Below the pieces are notes generated by a model. It searched no databases. It worked only from the letters and a program-made list of their open reading frames with translations, and had not been told where the DNA came from. A program made the position numbers and the translations under genes. Shown in pieces: positions 34,700 to 44,021 of a stretch of DNA of 56,324 nucleotides (position 1 is the first letter of the stretch; each line of letters opens with the position of its first letter). Origin of the DNA: Candidatus Omnitrophota bacterium (GTDB lineage: Bacteria > Omnitrophota > Gorgyraeia > 2-01-FULL-45-10); assembly GCA_016929115.1 (NCBI GenBank), contig JAFGJL010000023.1, positions 1-56,324 of the forward strand, in the 5' to 3' direction.

Positions 34700-35944
34700 A
34701 TGAATGGATCCCTTAACCGCGCCACAGCTGTTTGCAATGCTATCATCGAGATCTGCCTCATAGCTATTCTTGTATTTACCCCCCTCGTCCTCGGCGCAGT
34801 GCGGCCCTGGGCTCTTGTTTCCGCGCAGTTGTTAATACTCGTTATGTTCTGCGCATGGCTATTCAAGATGAATGTTGATGGGAAGCTTTTCTTCAAGCCG
34901 ACCGCTCTCAATATCCCGGTAGTGCTCTTTCTTTTTATCTCTATTGCCTCATCCCTGCGCGCTCCATACAGGCACGACGCGGTGATAGCGCTTTGTAGAG
35001 TGGCCTCTTACTGCGCCCTCTATTTCGTTTTTGTCAATAACATGGATTCGCGGCGCAAGCTCATGCGAACAGTGGCAACCTTGGTAGCAATGGGGGCATT
35101 GTTGTCGCTTATAGGCATTATCCTGCATCTTAATTACGTTCTTTGCCGCTCCTGGACCCCCGGCCAATCGGTTAGCTCTACCTTCGCTAATCGTGACCAC
35201 TTCGCGGGGTATCTTGAGATGGTAATCCCTCTCGGCATTGGCCTCTTATTCACTCAAATATCTAAAGAGAAAAAGACTCTCCTGATATTTTTAGTGATTG
35301 TCATGGCGGTTTCTTTTGTCCTTGCCTCATCGCGCGGAGCATGGCTGTCGCTTACCCTATCCTGTTTTGTAATGCTGCCTTTGTTTATGCGAAAAAAGCC
35401 GTTTAAAACCATAGCTTTAGTTTGTATCATATGCGGCGCCGTCTTATATTTCACTTTATCGCAGTTCGATCTGGGCATGGTAACAGCGCGTCTTGCAAGC
35501 ATAGCCGAAGGCGTTGGCATTGATGATACGCGTATCCTTATATGGCAGGGGGCGATAGGGCTTATTAAGGCAAATCCCATACTAGGGTACAGTCCGGGGA
35601 TGTTCATTCATGCCTTTCCACAATATAGACCCGCCGGCATAAACCCATCTTACCTTATAGACTATGCGCACAATGATTATCTGCACATGGCATCCGAGAT
35701 AGGACTAATTGGGCTTATTTTCATCTCTTGGATAATATGTGCAGCCTTATGGGCAGGTTTCAGGGAGGCCTATTCTACGTCTAGCACATTCCGGATGGGT
35801 GTTTCAGCAGGCGCCAGTATAGGTATCATGAGCATGGCGTTACACAGCTTTGTGGATTTCAGCCTGCATATACCTGCAAATGCGATCGTCTTCGTAGTGC
35901 TTCTGGGATTAGTAACGTCCGCAGCAAAAGATAGCTCCGCATAA
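34700..35944 (+). CDS. O-antigen ligase family protein (WaaL/PglL-like)
   Basis: TFANRDHFAGYL, SSRGAW, R..IW, G..PG.F, AHNDYL. Confidence 0.88.
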   Translation: MNGSLNRATAVCNAIIEICLIAILVFTPLVLGAVRPWALVSAQLLILVMFCAWLFKMNVDGKLFFKPTALNIPVVLFLFISIASSLRAPYRHDAVIALCRVASYCALYFVFVNNMDSRRKLMRTVATLVAMGALLSLIGIILHLNYVLCRSWTPGQSVSSTFANRDHFAGYLEMVIPLGIGLLFTQISKEKKTLLIFLVIVMAVSFVLASSRGAWLSLTLSCFVMLPLFMRKKPFKTIALVCIICGAVLYFTLSQFDLGMVTARLASIAEGVGIDDTRILIWQGAIGLIKANPILGYSPGMFIHAFPQYRPAGINPSYLIDYAHNDYLHMASEIGLIGLIFISWIICAALWAGFREAYSTSSTFRMGVSAGASIGIMSMALHSFVDFSLHIPANAIVFVVLLGLVTSAAKDSSA

Positions 35945-35974
35945 GAAAAATAAAAGTTAGCCATAAAAATTTCA

Positions 35975-36003
35975 TTGACTTTTTATCTGGGGAGATGTAT
36001 CAT
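35975..36003 (+). promoter_or_regulatory. sigma70 promoter of the sugar-biosynthesis operon
   Basis: TTGACT-N17-TATCAT. Confidence 0.7.
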
Positions 36004-36028
36004 AAAAGTCCGTTCAAAGGATGAACAC

Positions 36029-36373
36029 ATGAATAGAAGCGACTATATCCTGGAATCCGAAAGAACGCTGGAACTTTTGAGGGAAATAGAAGCGAATTCT
36101 AACTTGACCCAGCGTTATCTTGCCCAAAAGTACGACATCAGCCTCGGGAAGACCAACTTCATTATTAAAGCACTCCTTGATAAAGGCCTCATAAAGGTGC
36201 AGAGCTTCAAGAATTCAAAGAATAAAATGGGGTATATCTATCTCATCACTCCTCATGGCATATCCACCAAAGTTCAGTTGATACATAAATTCTTTATAAA
36301 GAAGGTCGGGGAATACGAGCGGTTGAAAAGAGAGATAGAGGGTTTTAAGGGAGAGTTTTTGCTCAATAAATAG
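36029..36373 (+). CDS. MarR family EPS-associated transcriptional regulator
   Basis: LTQRYLA...ISLGKTN..IKALLDKG..K...F.NSKNK.GY.Y.ITP.G. Confidence 0.88.
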   Translation: MNRSDYILESERTLELLREIEANSNLTQRYLAQKYDISLGKTNFIIKALLDKGLIKVQSFKNSKNKMGYIYLITPHGISTKVQLIHKFFIKKVGEYERLKREIEGFKGEFLLNK

Positions 36374-36415
36374 TCTACTGGATGGGGAAGAGCAGTTCCA
36401 TGGGAGAATATTGAT

Positions 36416-37141
36416 ATGAGGAAAAGCTTAAGAAGCAAAAATAGTATAATAGATCCAAAAGCTCAAATAGGGAAGAACGTAAAAATTGGAGATTATACCA
36501 AAATCTCAAGCACTGCCGTAATAGGAGATAATGTAGCGATTGGGGACAGGTGTAAGATTGGGTTTGATGATGTTATAAAAGAGGACTTCATAATCAAACA
36601 AAACCCGTATTACGTGGATTTTGTTCTTGCCAATAAATGTGTTATAGGCAATGGGGCAACTGTTTGCGATGGTGCATATGTTTATAACAAGGTTATTATA
36701 GGGAATGACAGCCTCGTAGGAAACAATGCCTATATAAGAGGCAATACCATGATAGGTTCACATGCTGTTATAGGCTTTAGTGCTTATATCGGTCCGTTTG
36801 TGGAGATTGGCGATAATTCATTGGTATTAAATTATAGTGCGATTGGATCTACTTCTAAAATTGGGAAAAATGTGTTCATAAGCCCATCCGTGATGCTTGC
36901 GGAAAATAAACATATGACTATGGACTACACGGGGCGGAGAGGCCCGATAATAGGAGATTATGTTCGTATAGGTGCTTTAAGCACGATTGTGTCCTGTAAT
37001 GTAGGGAATCTTTCAGTGATAGGAGCGAATTCCGTAGTTACAAAAGATTTGCCAGAAGGGTCTGTCTATGTAGGAAAACGACTTCAAAAAGTAAATTCTA
37101 TATTATTGAAACAAATAAACAGGCATAGGTATTCTTATTGA
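36416..37141 (+). CDS. Hexapeptide-repeat (left-handed beta helix) acyltransferase
   Basis: Many IGxNxx repeats, IGANSVVTKDLP. Confidence 0.85.
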   Translation: MRKSLRSKNSIIDPKAQIGKNVKIGDYTKISSTAVIGDNVAIGDRCKIGFDDVIKEDFIIKQNPYYVDFVLANKCVIGNGATVCDGAYVYNKVIIGNDSLVGNNAYIRGNTMIGSHAVIGFSAYIGPFVEIGDNSLVLNYSAIGSTSKIGKNVFISPSVMLAENKHMTMDYTGRRGPIIGDYVRIGALSTIVSCNVGNLSVIGANSVVTKDLPEGSVYVGKRLQKVNSILLKQINRHRYSY

Positions 37142-37190
37142 AGACCTGTGAAAGATTTTTTATGAGAGTAAATAAACAAGGACAAGATTT

Positions 37191-38369
37191 ATGTTATCCA
37201 TAAAGCCTTTTGAAAAACCAATTTATGTTATGCGGCCATTATTGCCGGAAATAGGCAGCTTTATTGATAAGATGAGGCAGGTCTGGGATTCCGGATGGTT
37301 GACTAATCGTGGACCACAGCATCAGCAATTAGAAGAAAGTTTGAAAAGGGTCCTTAAGATTCCCCATGTATCACTCTTCAATAATGGTACAATAGCCATG
37401 ATAGTAGCTTGTCAGAGCTTGAGATTGTCGGGAGAGGTTATAACAACGCCTTTTACTTTTCCCGCTACGCCGCACGTTTTGAGTTGGAATGGTATCAAGC
37501 CCACATTTTGCGATATAGACCCTATTACGATGAACATTGACCCAGCGAGGATTGAATCATTGATAACTCCTCAAACAACCGCGATTCTGGCGGTACACGT
37601 TTTCGGTACGCCGTGCGATGTTATAAAGATTCAGGAAATGGCCGACAGGTACGGGCTTAAGGTCGTATATGACGCAGCTCATGCTTTTGGCGTTGAAATT
37701 AACGGCAGGGGTATTGGTGAATTTGGTGACGCGTCGATGTTCAGTTTTCATGCCACGAAACTTTTCCACACGGCCGAGGGCGGAGCGGTAGCAGTGAAGA
37801 ACGACCAGTTAAAGACCAGAATAGATCTATTGCAAAACTTCGGAATAAAAAATGAAGAAGAAGTTATTATGCCTGGAATTAACGGTAAGATGAATGAACT
37901 GCAAGCCGCCATGGGATTGGCAGTTTTGGATTATATAGAAGAAGAGCGCGGCAAGCGCCAAAAACTGTTTAAAGCTTATTGTCGTTTCCTTGAGGGTGTA
38001 AATGGTATCAGCATATGCGATAACAATGGCAAAAACAAAGAGGATGGAATTAAGAAGAGCTATCAGTATTTTGTTATCAGGATAGACGAAAATAAATTTG
38101 GTAAATCCAGAGATGAGGTATATGAGATGTTCAAAAAATTTAATGTGTTTACGCGAAAATATTTTTATCCTTTGTGCAGCGACTATGCCTGTTATTCGCA
38201 ACTCCCATCATCGAGGGAATCAAATTTGCCCGTAGCGCATAAGGTGGTTAAAGAAGTTCTTTGTTTGCCATTTTACGGAGGACTTGGAATAGACGACGTG
38301 GAAAGAATATGCATGATATTAAAGAGTTTCCAGAGCTCGATAAAAGTGAATGCGGTCGTATCTTCTTAA
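37191..38369 (+). CDS. DegT/DnrJ family sugar aminotransferase (VioA-like)
   Basis: LTNRGP, YDAAHAFG, FSFHATKLFHTAEGG, GINGKMNE. Confidence 0.9.
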   Translation: MLSIKPFEKPIYVMRPLLPEIGSFIDKMRQVWDSGWLTNRGPQHQQLEESLKRVLKIPHVSLFNNGTIAMIVACQSLRLSGEVITTPFTFPATPHVLSWNGIKPTFCDIDPITMNIDPARIESLITPQTTAILAVHVFGTPCDVIKIQEMADRYGLKVVYDAAHAFGVEINGRGIGEFGDASMFSFHATKLFHTAEGGAVAVKNDQLKTRIDLLQNFGIKNEEEVIMPGINGKMNELQAAMGLAVLDYIEEERGKRQKLFKAYCRFLEGVNGISICDNNGKNKEDGIKKSYQYFVIRIDENKFGKSRDEVYEMFKKFNVFTRKYFYPLCSDYACYSQLPSSRESNLPVAHKVVKEVLCLPFYGGLGIDDVERICMILKSFQSSIKVNAVVSS

Positions 38370-38399
38370 AAGTTTGTAAGGTTTAATAGAAAAAATAAA

Positions 38400-39851
38400 A
38401 TGGGCGAAAACGTTCTCAGGCATAAAGCAATTTCCGGTTTTCAGTGGAGTTTCGCTAGAAATTTTGTGAATCAAGGGTCGAATTTTTTAGTTGGGATCGT
38501 GTTGGCCAGATTGCTCTCGCCAAAGGAGTTCGGATTGATCGGGATGTTGGCCATTTTTATCGCTGTTTCGCAGGCATTCATTAACTGCGGTTTTACGGAA
38601 GCGTTGATAAGAAAAAATAACTCCAGCCAGGATGATTATTGCACCGTATTTTACTTTAATTTGGCAGCCGCAATTGTTTTATACATAGTATTATTTCTTA
38701 GTGCGGCCGCGATAAGCAGGTTCTTTAATGAACCCCTATTGATTCCCTTGATCCGGGCGTTGAGCAGCGTGCTTGTCATAAGCAGCATAGGGATGGTGCA
38801 GTTGACTATTTTAAAAAAGAAAGTCGATTTCAAACTTCAAACAAAAATTACATTTTTTGCCGCTGTATTTTCAGGGATTGTGAGCATCAGTATGGCTTTT
38901 TTCGGATGGGGCGTATGGAGCTTAATTTGGAAGATCTTGTTATTTCAGCTCATTATGTCTTTGCTGCTTTGGGTCTGGAATGATTGGCGGCCAAAACTTT
39001 TGTTTAGTCTGGCCTCATTCCGAGAGCTTTTTAATTTTGGGTCAAAACTTTTCTTATCGAGCGTTATCTATAAAGTTTATTACAATATTTATTATGCTGT
39101 GATAGGAAAGTTTTTTTCCGCAACTATGCTTGGGTACTATACTTACGCATATAATTTATCGCACTTCCCTCCGCAAAATATAGAAATCGTTGTTCAGCAA
39201 GTTAGCTACCCTATTTTCTCCTCTATTCAGGATGACTTGGAGAGATTTAAAAGGGGATACAAAAGGGTAATGAGGAACACGATGTTTATCTCTTTTATGT
39301 TGATGATGGGCATTGCTGCTTCTGCAAAGCCCTTGGTATTAACTCTTATCGGAGAAAAATGGTTGCCAACGGTGCCTTATTTGCGCTTGTTATGCTTTGT
39401 GGGAATGATCTATCCGTTGCATGCATTGAATCTTGATGTTTTGAAAATAAAAAAACGTTCCGATCTCTTTTTGACAATAGAGATAGCCAAAATATTATTA
39501 GCTATACCGGTTATAGTTCTGGGTATTTTTTTCGGCATTAAAATCATGATAATCGGCATGATTCTTTTTTCAATAGTAGCTTATTTTATAAACAGTTTTT
39601 GGACAGGAAAATTTATAAGGTATTCATCTAAGGAGCAGATAGTGGATATGATGCCACTATTTATTAGTGCTCTGGGAGTAGGAATAATCCTTTTTAGCAT
39701 TGGTTATTTTTGGCAGGGGTATCCGGCTGCTGTTTTATGTGTGCAAGTTTTAATAGGTTTTCTCTGCGCTATTCTTATTGCAAAATTCATTAAGATGGAT
39801 TTTTATGAGGAAATAGAGAAAAAAGTTATCTTGAAGATCTGGAGGCGATGA
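38400..39851 (+). CDS. wzx: Wzx flippase (WzxC-like)
   Basis: LARLLSPKEFG, GWGVWSL, FNFGSKL, LGYY, many TM segments. Confidence 0.9.
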   Translation: MGENVLRHKAISGFQWSFARNFVNQGSNFLVGIVLARLLSPKEFGLIGMLAIFIAVSQAFINCGFTEALIRKNNSSQDDYCTVFYFNLAAAIVLYIVLFLSAAAISRFFNEPLLIPLIRALSSVLVISSIGMVQLTILKKKVDFKLQTKITFFAAVFSGIVSISMAFFGWGVWSLIWKILLFQLIMSLLLWVWNDWRPKLLFSLASFRELFNFGSKLFLSSVIYKVYYNIYYAVIGKFFSATMLGYYTYAYNLSHFPPQNIEIVVQQVSYPIFSSIQDDLERFKRGYKRVMRNTMFISFMLMMGIAASAKPLVLTLIGEKWLPTVPYLRLLCFVGMIYPLHALNLDVLKIKKRSDLFLTIEIAKILLAIPVIVLGIFFGIKIMIIGMILFSIVAYFINSFWTGKFIRYSSKEQIVDMMPLFISALGVGIILFSIGYFWQGYPAAVLCVQVLIGFLCAILIAKFIKMDFYEEIEKKVILKIWRR

Positions 39852-40834
39852 TTGTGAAGCCGCTTGTGGCCGTTTTAATGATCACGTATAATCACGAAAA
39901 ACATATCGGGCAAGCAATACAAAGTGTGGTTGAGCAAAAAACCTCTTTTCCATTTAAATTATTTATCGGGGAAGATTGCTCCATAGATAAAACACGAGAA
40001 ATCTGTGTTTCTTATCAGACTAAGTATCCGGATAAGATTCAATTGTTATTAAACAAAAATAATTTAGGTATGATGTCCAATTTTTTTATGACACATAAGG
40101 CTTGTGTTGATAGCGGCGCTGAATACATTGCTCTCTGTGAAGGAGACGATTGCTGGACCTCTGCTCATAAGCTACAGAAACAAGTGGATTATATGAGATC
40201 CAATAGAAATTGTGCCGGCTGTTTTCATCCTGTTCAGTACTCTTATCTAGATGAAGCCATTCCGGAACATGTTTATAGGCCTCGGTGTATTCCCCTGAGC
40301 CATAAATATACGACTAGGGATGTGCTACTGCGAAAGGGAAGATTTTTCGCGACGGCATCTGTGATTTTTCGCACAGAAGCCGTGAAGCATTTTCCGGAAT
40401 GGTTTTACGATGCTCCCGTAGGGGATTACCCCTTAATGGTCCTTGCCGCCACTAAAGGCGAGATAGGGTACATTGATGATATTATGTGCGTGCATCTAAA
40501 AAATGTAAAAAACTCATGGTCCGATACATTTGGTAAGAGCTTAGAAGGGGTAATAAAATATCGTGCGGGTTCCCTAAAATATCTAAATGAATTTAATGAT
40601 TGGACAAATAATGTTTTTCGAAAAGAAGTGAAGCTGATGGTAAAGGCCGTAAATTATTCTTACCTCTCAGGGTTGGTTTGGTGCGCTCCCAAGTCCAAAC
40701 AATTAGTGGATTTTTTTAAATTATCCTTACAATTGGAAATCCAAAGTGTTGTAAAGATATTGTTTAAGATTATATGCCCTAAGAAAATATACGGGGGCAT
40801 AAAAAAAAGATTTATGGCTCGCTGCCCATTTTAA
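39848..40834 (+). CDS. Glycosyltransferase family 2
   Basis: ITYNHEKHI, EDCS.DKT, YIALCEGDDCW. Confidence 0.9.
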   Translation: MIVKPLVAVLMITYNHEKHIGQAIQSVVEQKTSFPFKLFIGEDCSIDKTREICVSYQTKYPDKIQLLLNKNNLGMMSNFFMTHKACVDSGAEYIALCEGDDCWTSAHKLQKQVDYMRSNRNCAGCFHPVQYSYLDEAIPEHVYRPRCIPLSHKYTTRDVLLRKGRFFATASVIFRTEAVKHFPEWFYDAPVGDYPLMVLAATKGEIGYIDDIMCVHLKNVKNSWSDTFGKSLEGVIKYRAGSLKYLNEFNDWTNNVFRKEVKLMVKAVNYSYLSGLVWCAPKSKQLVDFFKLSLQLEIQSVVKILFKIICPKKIYGGIKKRFMARCPF

Positions 40835-40867
40835 ATAAGAAAACCCTACGAGGACAGTTTTTAGAAT

Positions 40868-42190
40868 ATGGATAATCTTTTAGAATATTCAATGGTGGTA
40901 TTTTTGTATGCGGGTTTGATCTCCTACCTGGTTTTTGCTCTTTTTTACATGCGCAGATATTTTTTGAGCTTTGATATTATCATGACTTGCGTGATGCTGG
41001 TTGGTTTTTTATTTGTTTTTGAAAATTTGGGCTCGGAGAAGAACTTATCCATTTTACTTTTATATATACTGTTTGCAGCATCTTTTCTGATTGCATATAA
41101 TATCCGGAGCCTTGCCCAGCAAAATAATATATCGGTATCTAACAACGGGCAATATAACTATAAGTTTCTTGGCCGGGTTAGTTTAGCAGTTCTGTGTTTT
41201 GCCGCGCTCCTGTGGAGTTTTTATATTTTTAAAATAGGTGGCCTTTATAGTTTGCTTGCGGTTTCAAAGATGGGGAGATCAGTGCTTACGCGGGAACTAA
41301 GTATAGGTTACCTTACGGTATCCGAATCTTTTATTCTCATCACTTATACTATTTTTCTTGTTTTAGCTTTTGAAAAAAGAAAGCCCTTTTATTACTTAGT
41401 CGTTACGGTTACTTTTGCTTTGTTGGGTTTTTTGGCTTTTGTAAACATATCGCGCGGGCAACTTGTCGCCTTATTTATTATTCCAACGGTTATCTGGGCG
41501 GCGTATTCAAAAAAAAGGATTACGGCGATTATTATATTTGTTTGCATATCCTTAGCGATCCTTGGTATTGGATTTAAAGAATCCATGGCTGACCTGCACA
41601 AAAAAGCCGTAGGCGGATATGCGGTATTGGAATTATCGGCGTATCAAAACCATTTAACGATCGAACGGATCGCGCATCCATACAGCCAGCAATATTATAT
41701 TTTGAAGGATATATTGGCTTACTACGATTTGTTCCCGTCTTCCGAAAAGTACGGTCTTGGGTTATTAAAATCCGCTTTTATCAGGACTATCCCGTTCATT
41801 GATGCGCCCAGCATTTCGACGCTTTATGTGCAAACATTCTTCCCTCAAACGTATGAGAAGGGAGGAGGGCGAGGTTTTTCTTTGCTTGGCGAGTTCTTTT
41901 TGAACTTCAATATATTTGGCGTGGTTCTTTTAGGGTTTTTTCTTGGGAAAATCACCAGATGGCTTTATATAAAATCTTTTTATGCCAAAGACCCTTTGTA
42001 TATTGCTATTTATTCTTTTGTCTATCCTTCAGCGTTTGGTTTGTTGCAGGCAAGCAGCACAACCATTATGAACTCGCTTATATTATACAAAGTCTTACCT
42101 TTATTGTTGGTATTTGGGCTGGCAAAGCGAAAATTTATCAATATACACATAAAGAAGTACCCGCTTGAAATAATACACGAAACTGTATAA
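40868..42190 (+). CDS. wzy: O-antigen/EPS polymerase (Wzy-like)
   Basis: ~11 TMs, SRG, GFSLLGEFFLNF.IFG; AT-rich. Confidence 0.75.
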   Translation: MDNLLEYSMVVFLYAGLISYLVFALFYMRRYFLSFDIIMTCVMLVGFLFVFENLGSEKNLSILLLYILFAASFLIAYNIRSLAQQNNISVSNNGQYNYKFLGRVSLAVLCFAALLWSFYIFKIGGLYSLLAVSKMGRSVLTRELSIGYLTVSESFILITYTIFLVLAFEKRKPFYYLVVTVTFALLGFLAFVNISRGQLVALFIIPTVIWAAYSKKRITAIIIFVCISLAILGIGFKESMADLHKKAVGGYAVLELSAYQNHLTIERIAHPYSQQYYILKDILAYYDLFPSSEKYGLGLLKSAFIRTIPFIDAPSISTLYVQTFFPQTYEKGGGRGFSLLGEFFLNFNIFGVVLLGFFLGKITRWLYIKSFYAKDPLYIAIYSFVYPSAFGLLQASSTTIMNSLILYKVLPLLLVFGLAKRKFINIHIKKYPLEIIHETV

Positions 42191-42192
42191 GC

Positions 42193-43278
42193 ATGAAGAT
42201 ATTATATTTGCTCATCGGAATTACTGAAACCAGCATGGCGTACAATGAGCTTGTGCTGCCGCTGGCGGGGAAACATAATATCGCCGTATGTTCGTTTTTT
42301 CCTTTTTTGGGAGAAAGGAACATGTCGGTCAATTATCGGGAGGGTGACGGTACGCTGGGCGGTTTTATCCGCGTGGTTTCTGGGATTGTCAGAAGCGGGA
42401 AATTTGACGTGGTCCATTGCCATTCGCCGCATCTGGCAGCGATCTGGGCTCTCGTGTTACTTGGGAAAGGCAGAATAGACCTCTTGAAACATACCCTGCT
42501 AACAGTGCATAGCTCTTATGCTAATTATAAGCCCAGGAACAGGATTCTTCTATTGCTAAGTTTTTTGGTCGTGCGAAAAATAGTTTTTGTAAGTCGTTCT
42601 TCGCTGGAGAGTTTTCCCTGGTTTTTCAGGGCCATAGCCGGCAAAAAAGCCAGTGTCATCAAAAATTGCGTTAACCTTAACAGGATAGACCGGGTCATAA
42701 GGTCTTTTAGGCCGGAGGCAGGCAAAAAGGGCGCCATGCGTGTTATATGCGCGGCCCAGCAGATAAAAGCAAAGGATCTGGGGGTACTGCTATCTGCCTT
42801 TTACGGTTTCTCAGGATTAGGGGATGAGCTTGTTCTAGTAGGCGATGGACCGCTTCGTCAAAAACTTGAACGGAAAGCGGAGATGCTGGGAATCGGGGAA
42901 AGAGTGAGATTCCTTGGCATAGTCAATCGCGAACAGATTTATAGGCTTTTTTGTGACAGCGATATTTTTGTTTCGTCTTCGAAAATAGAAGGGCTGCCGG
43001 TGGCCCCATTGGAGGCGATGGCTTGCCGGTGTCCTGTCATCCTATCGGATATCGCGCCTCACAAAGAGATAGCGGAAGACAATTCCGGTGTGGTTTTTTT
43101 TAAACAAGGTGATTCTCGGGAACTGGCGGGCATACTGAAGGTTTTCCGAACACTGGAAAGAAATGAAATTCAGCACCTGACTCATAAAAGCAGAAAACAC
43201 ATAGAAACAAACTTTCCTCTTGAAAACATGAACCGTGCTTATGAATCGATATACGAGGAAATAGGGGATAAGCGATGA
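42193..43278 (+). CDS. Glycosyltransferase family 4
   Basis: VHCHS, VGDGP, EGLPVAPLEAMAC. Confidence 0.9.
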   Translation: MKILYLLIGITETSMAYNELVLPLAGKHNIAVCSFFPFLGERNMSVNYREGDGTLGGFIRVVSGIVRSGKFDVVHCHSPHLAAIWALVLLGKGRIDLLKHTLLTVHSSYANYKPRNRILLLLSFLVVRKIVFVSRSSLESFPWFFRAIAGKKASVIKNCVNLNRIDRVIRSFRPEAGKKGAMRVICAAQQIKAKDLGVLLSAFYGFSGLGDELVLVGDGPLRQKLERKAEMLGIGERVRFLGIVNREQIYRLFCDSDIFVSSSKIEGLPVAPLEAMACRCPVILSDIAPHKEIAEDNSGVVFFKQGDSRELAGILKVFRTLERNEIQHLTHKSRKHIETNFPLENMNRAYESIYEEIGDKR

Positions 43279-44021
43279 TAGTGGAATTTACGGGTTGTAC
43301 CGCCTCAGGTAAGACAGCCATATCTTACAGGGTGATCGAGAAACTTGCCGCTGAAGGAATAGACGCGGTATCCGTGCACCCCAGGGCGTTTAACCTTCCG
43401 GGGCTTCCGTTTTGGGGTATTAAAAACGAAAGCATTCAAAACATCATACTTGATGTCAGGGCCATAGGCCCTCTTGCGGGAAGTTTCAAATATAACAGGC
43501 GCTTATTGGGATTTTCCTGCGGTGTTTTAAAGCGAGGCTCGGATACTTTTTACGAAGCCCTGAACCTTTTCAGGAGCGTTTGTAGAAAATTGGGCATTTA
43601 CCGGCTTTTAAGCGCTAGTAAGTTTAAAGACCGTATGGTGATATTAGATGAGGGTATAGTACATGCCGCACATAATATCTTTGTCCACCGGGATTCTAGG
43701 CCGGATACGGAAAGCCTTCGCCTCTTTTCTGATATGGTGCCATTGCCGGATCTCATAGTTTATGTCCGTTCTCCTCTCGAGATCCTTTGCGATCGTACCG
43801 GGAAGCGCGAAGACAAGAGCCGTAGGATAAAAAGCGGAAGCGAGCGGCGTTTTATAGAGAATGCGGAAGAGGCTTTCGAGGAGTTATTCAAGGTCGGCAG
43901 GATAAGGGAGAGGGCCATTGCTCTCGACAATGTCAGTGACGATCCGAGCCTTATCGATGTTCTGGCCTGCAAGGTAATAGAGCGCATGCGGGAGATAAAG
44001 AGCGATGCTAACCATTGTTAG
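43275..44021 (+). CDS. P-loop NTPase / nucleotide-kinase-like protein
   Basis: MIVEFTGCTASGKT Walker A, ILDEG, PDLIVYV. Confidence 0.7.
   Translation: MIVEFTGCTASGKTAISYRVIEKLAAEGIDAVSVHPRAFNLPGLPFWGIKNESIQNIILDVRAIGPLAGSFKYNRRLLGFSCGVLKRGSDTFYEALNLFRSVCRKLGIYRLLSASKFKDRMVILDEGIVHAAHNIFVHRDSRPDTESLRLFSDMVPLPDLIVYVRSPLEILCDRTGKREDKSRRIKSGSERRFIENAEEAFEELFKVGRIRERAIALDNVSDDPSLIDVLACKVIERMREIKSDANHC

Noticed and set aside
34683-34705. GTATTCCCGA(TTTCCCGA)TGAAT resembling the minus strand near 8938-8952
   Set aside because: Short match with only two instances; plausibly chance
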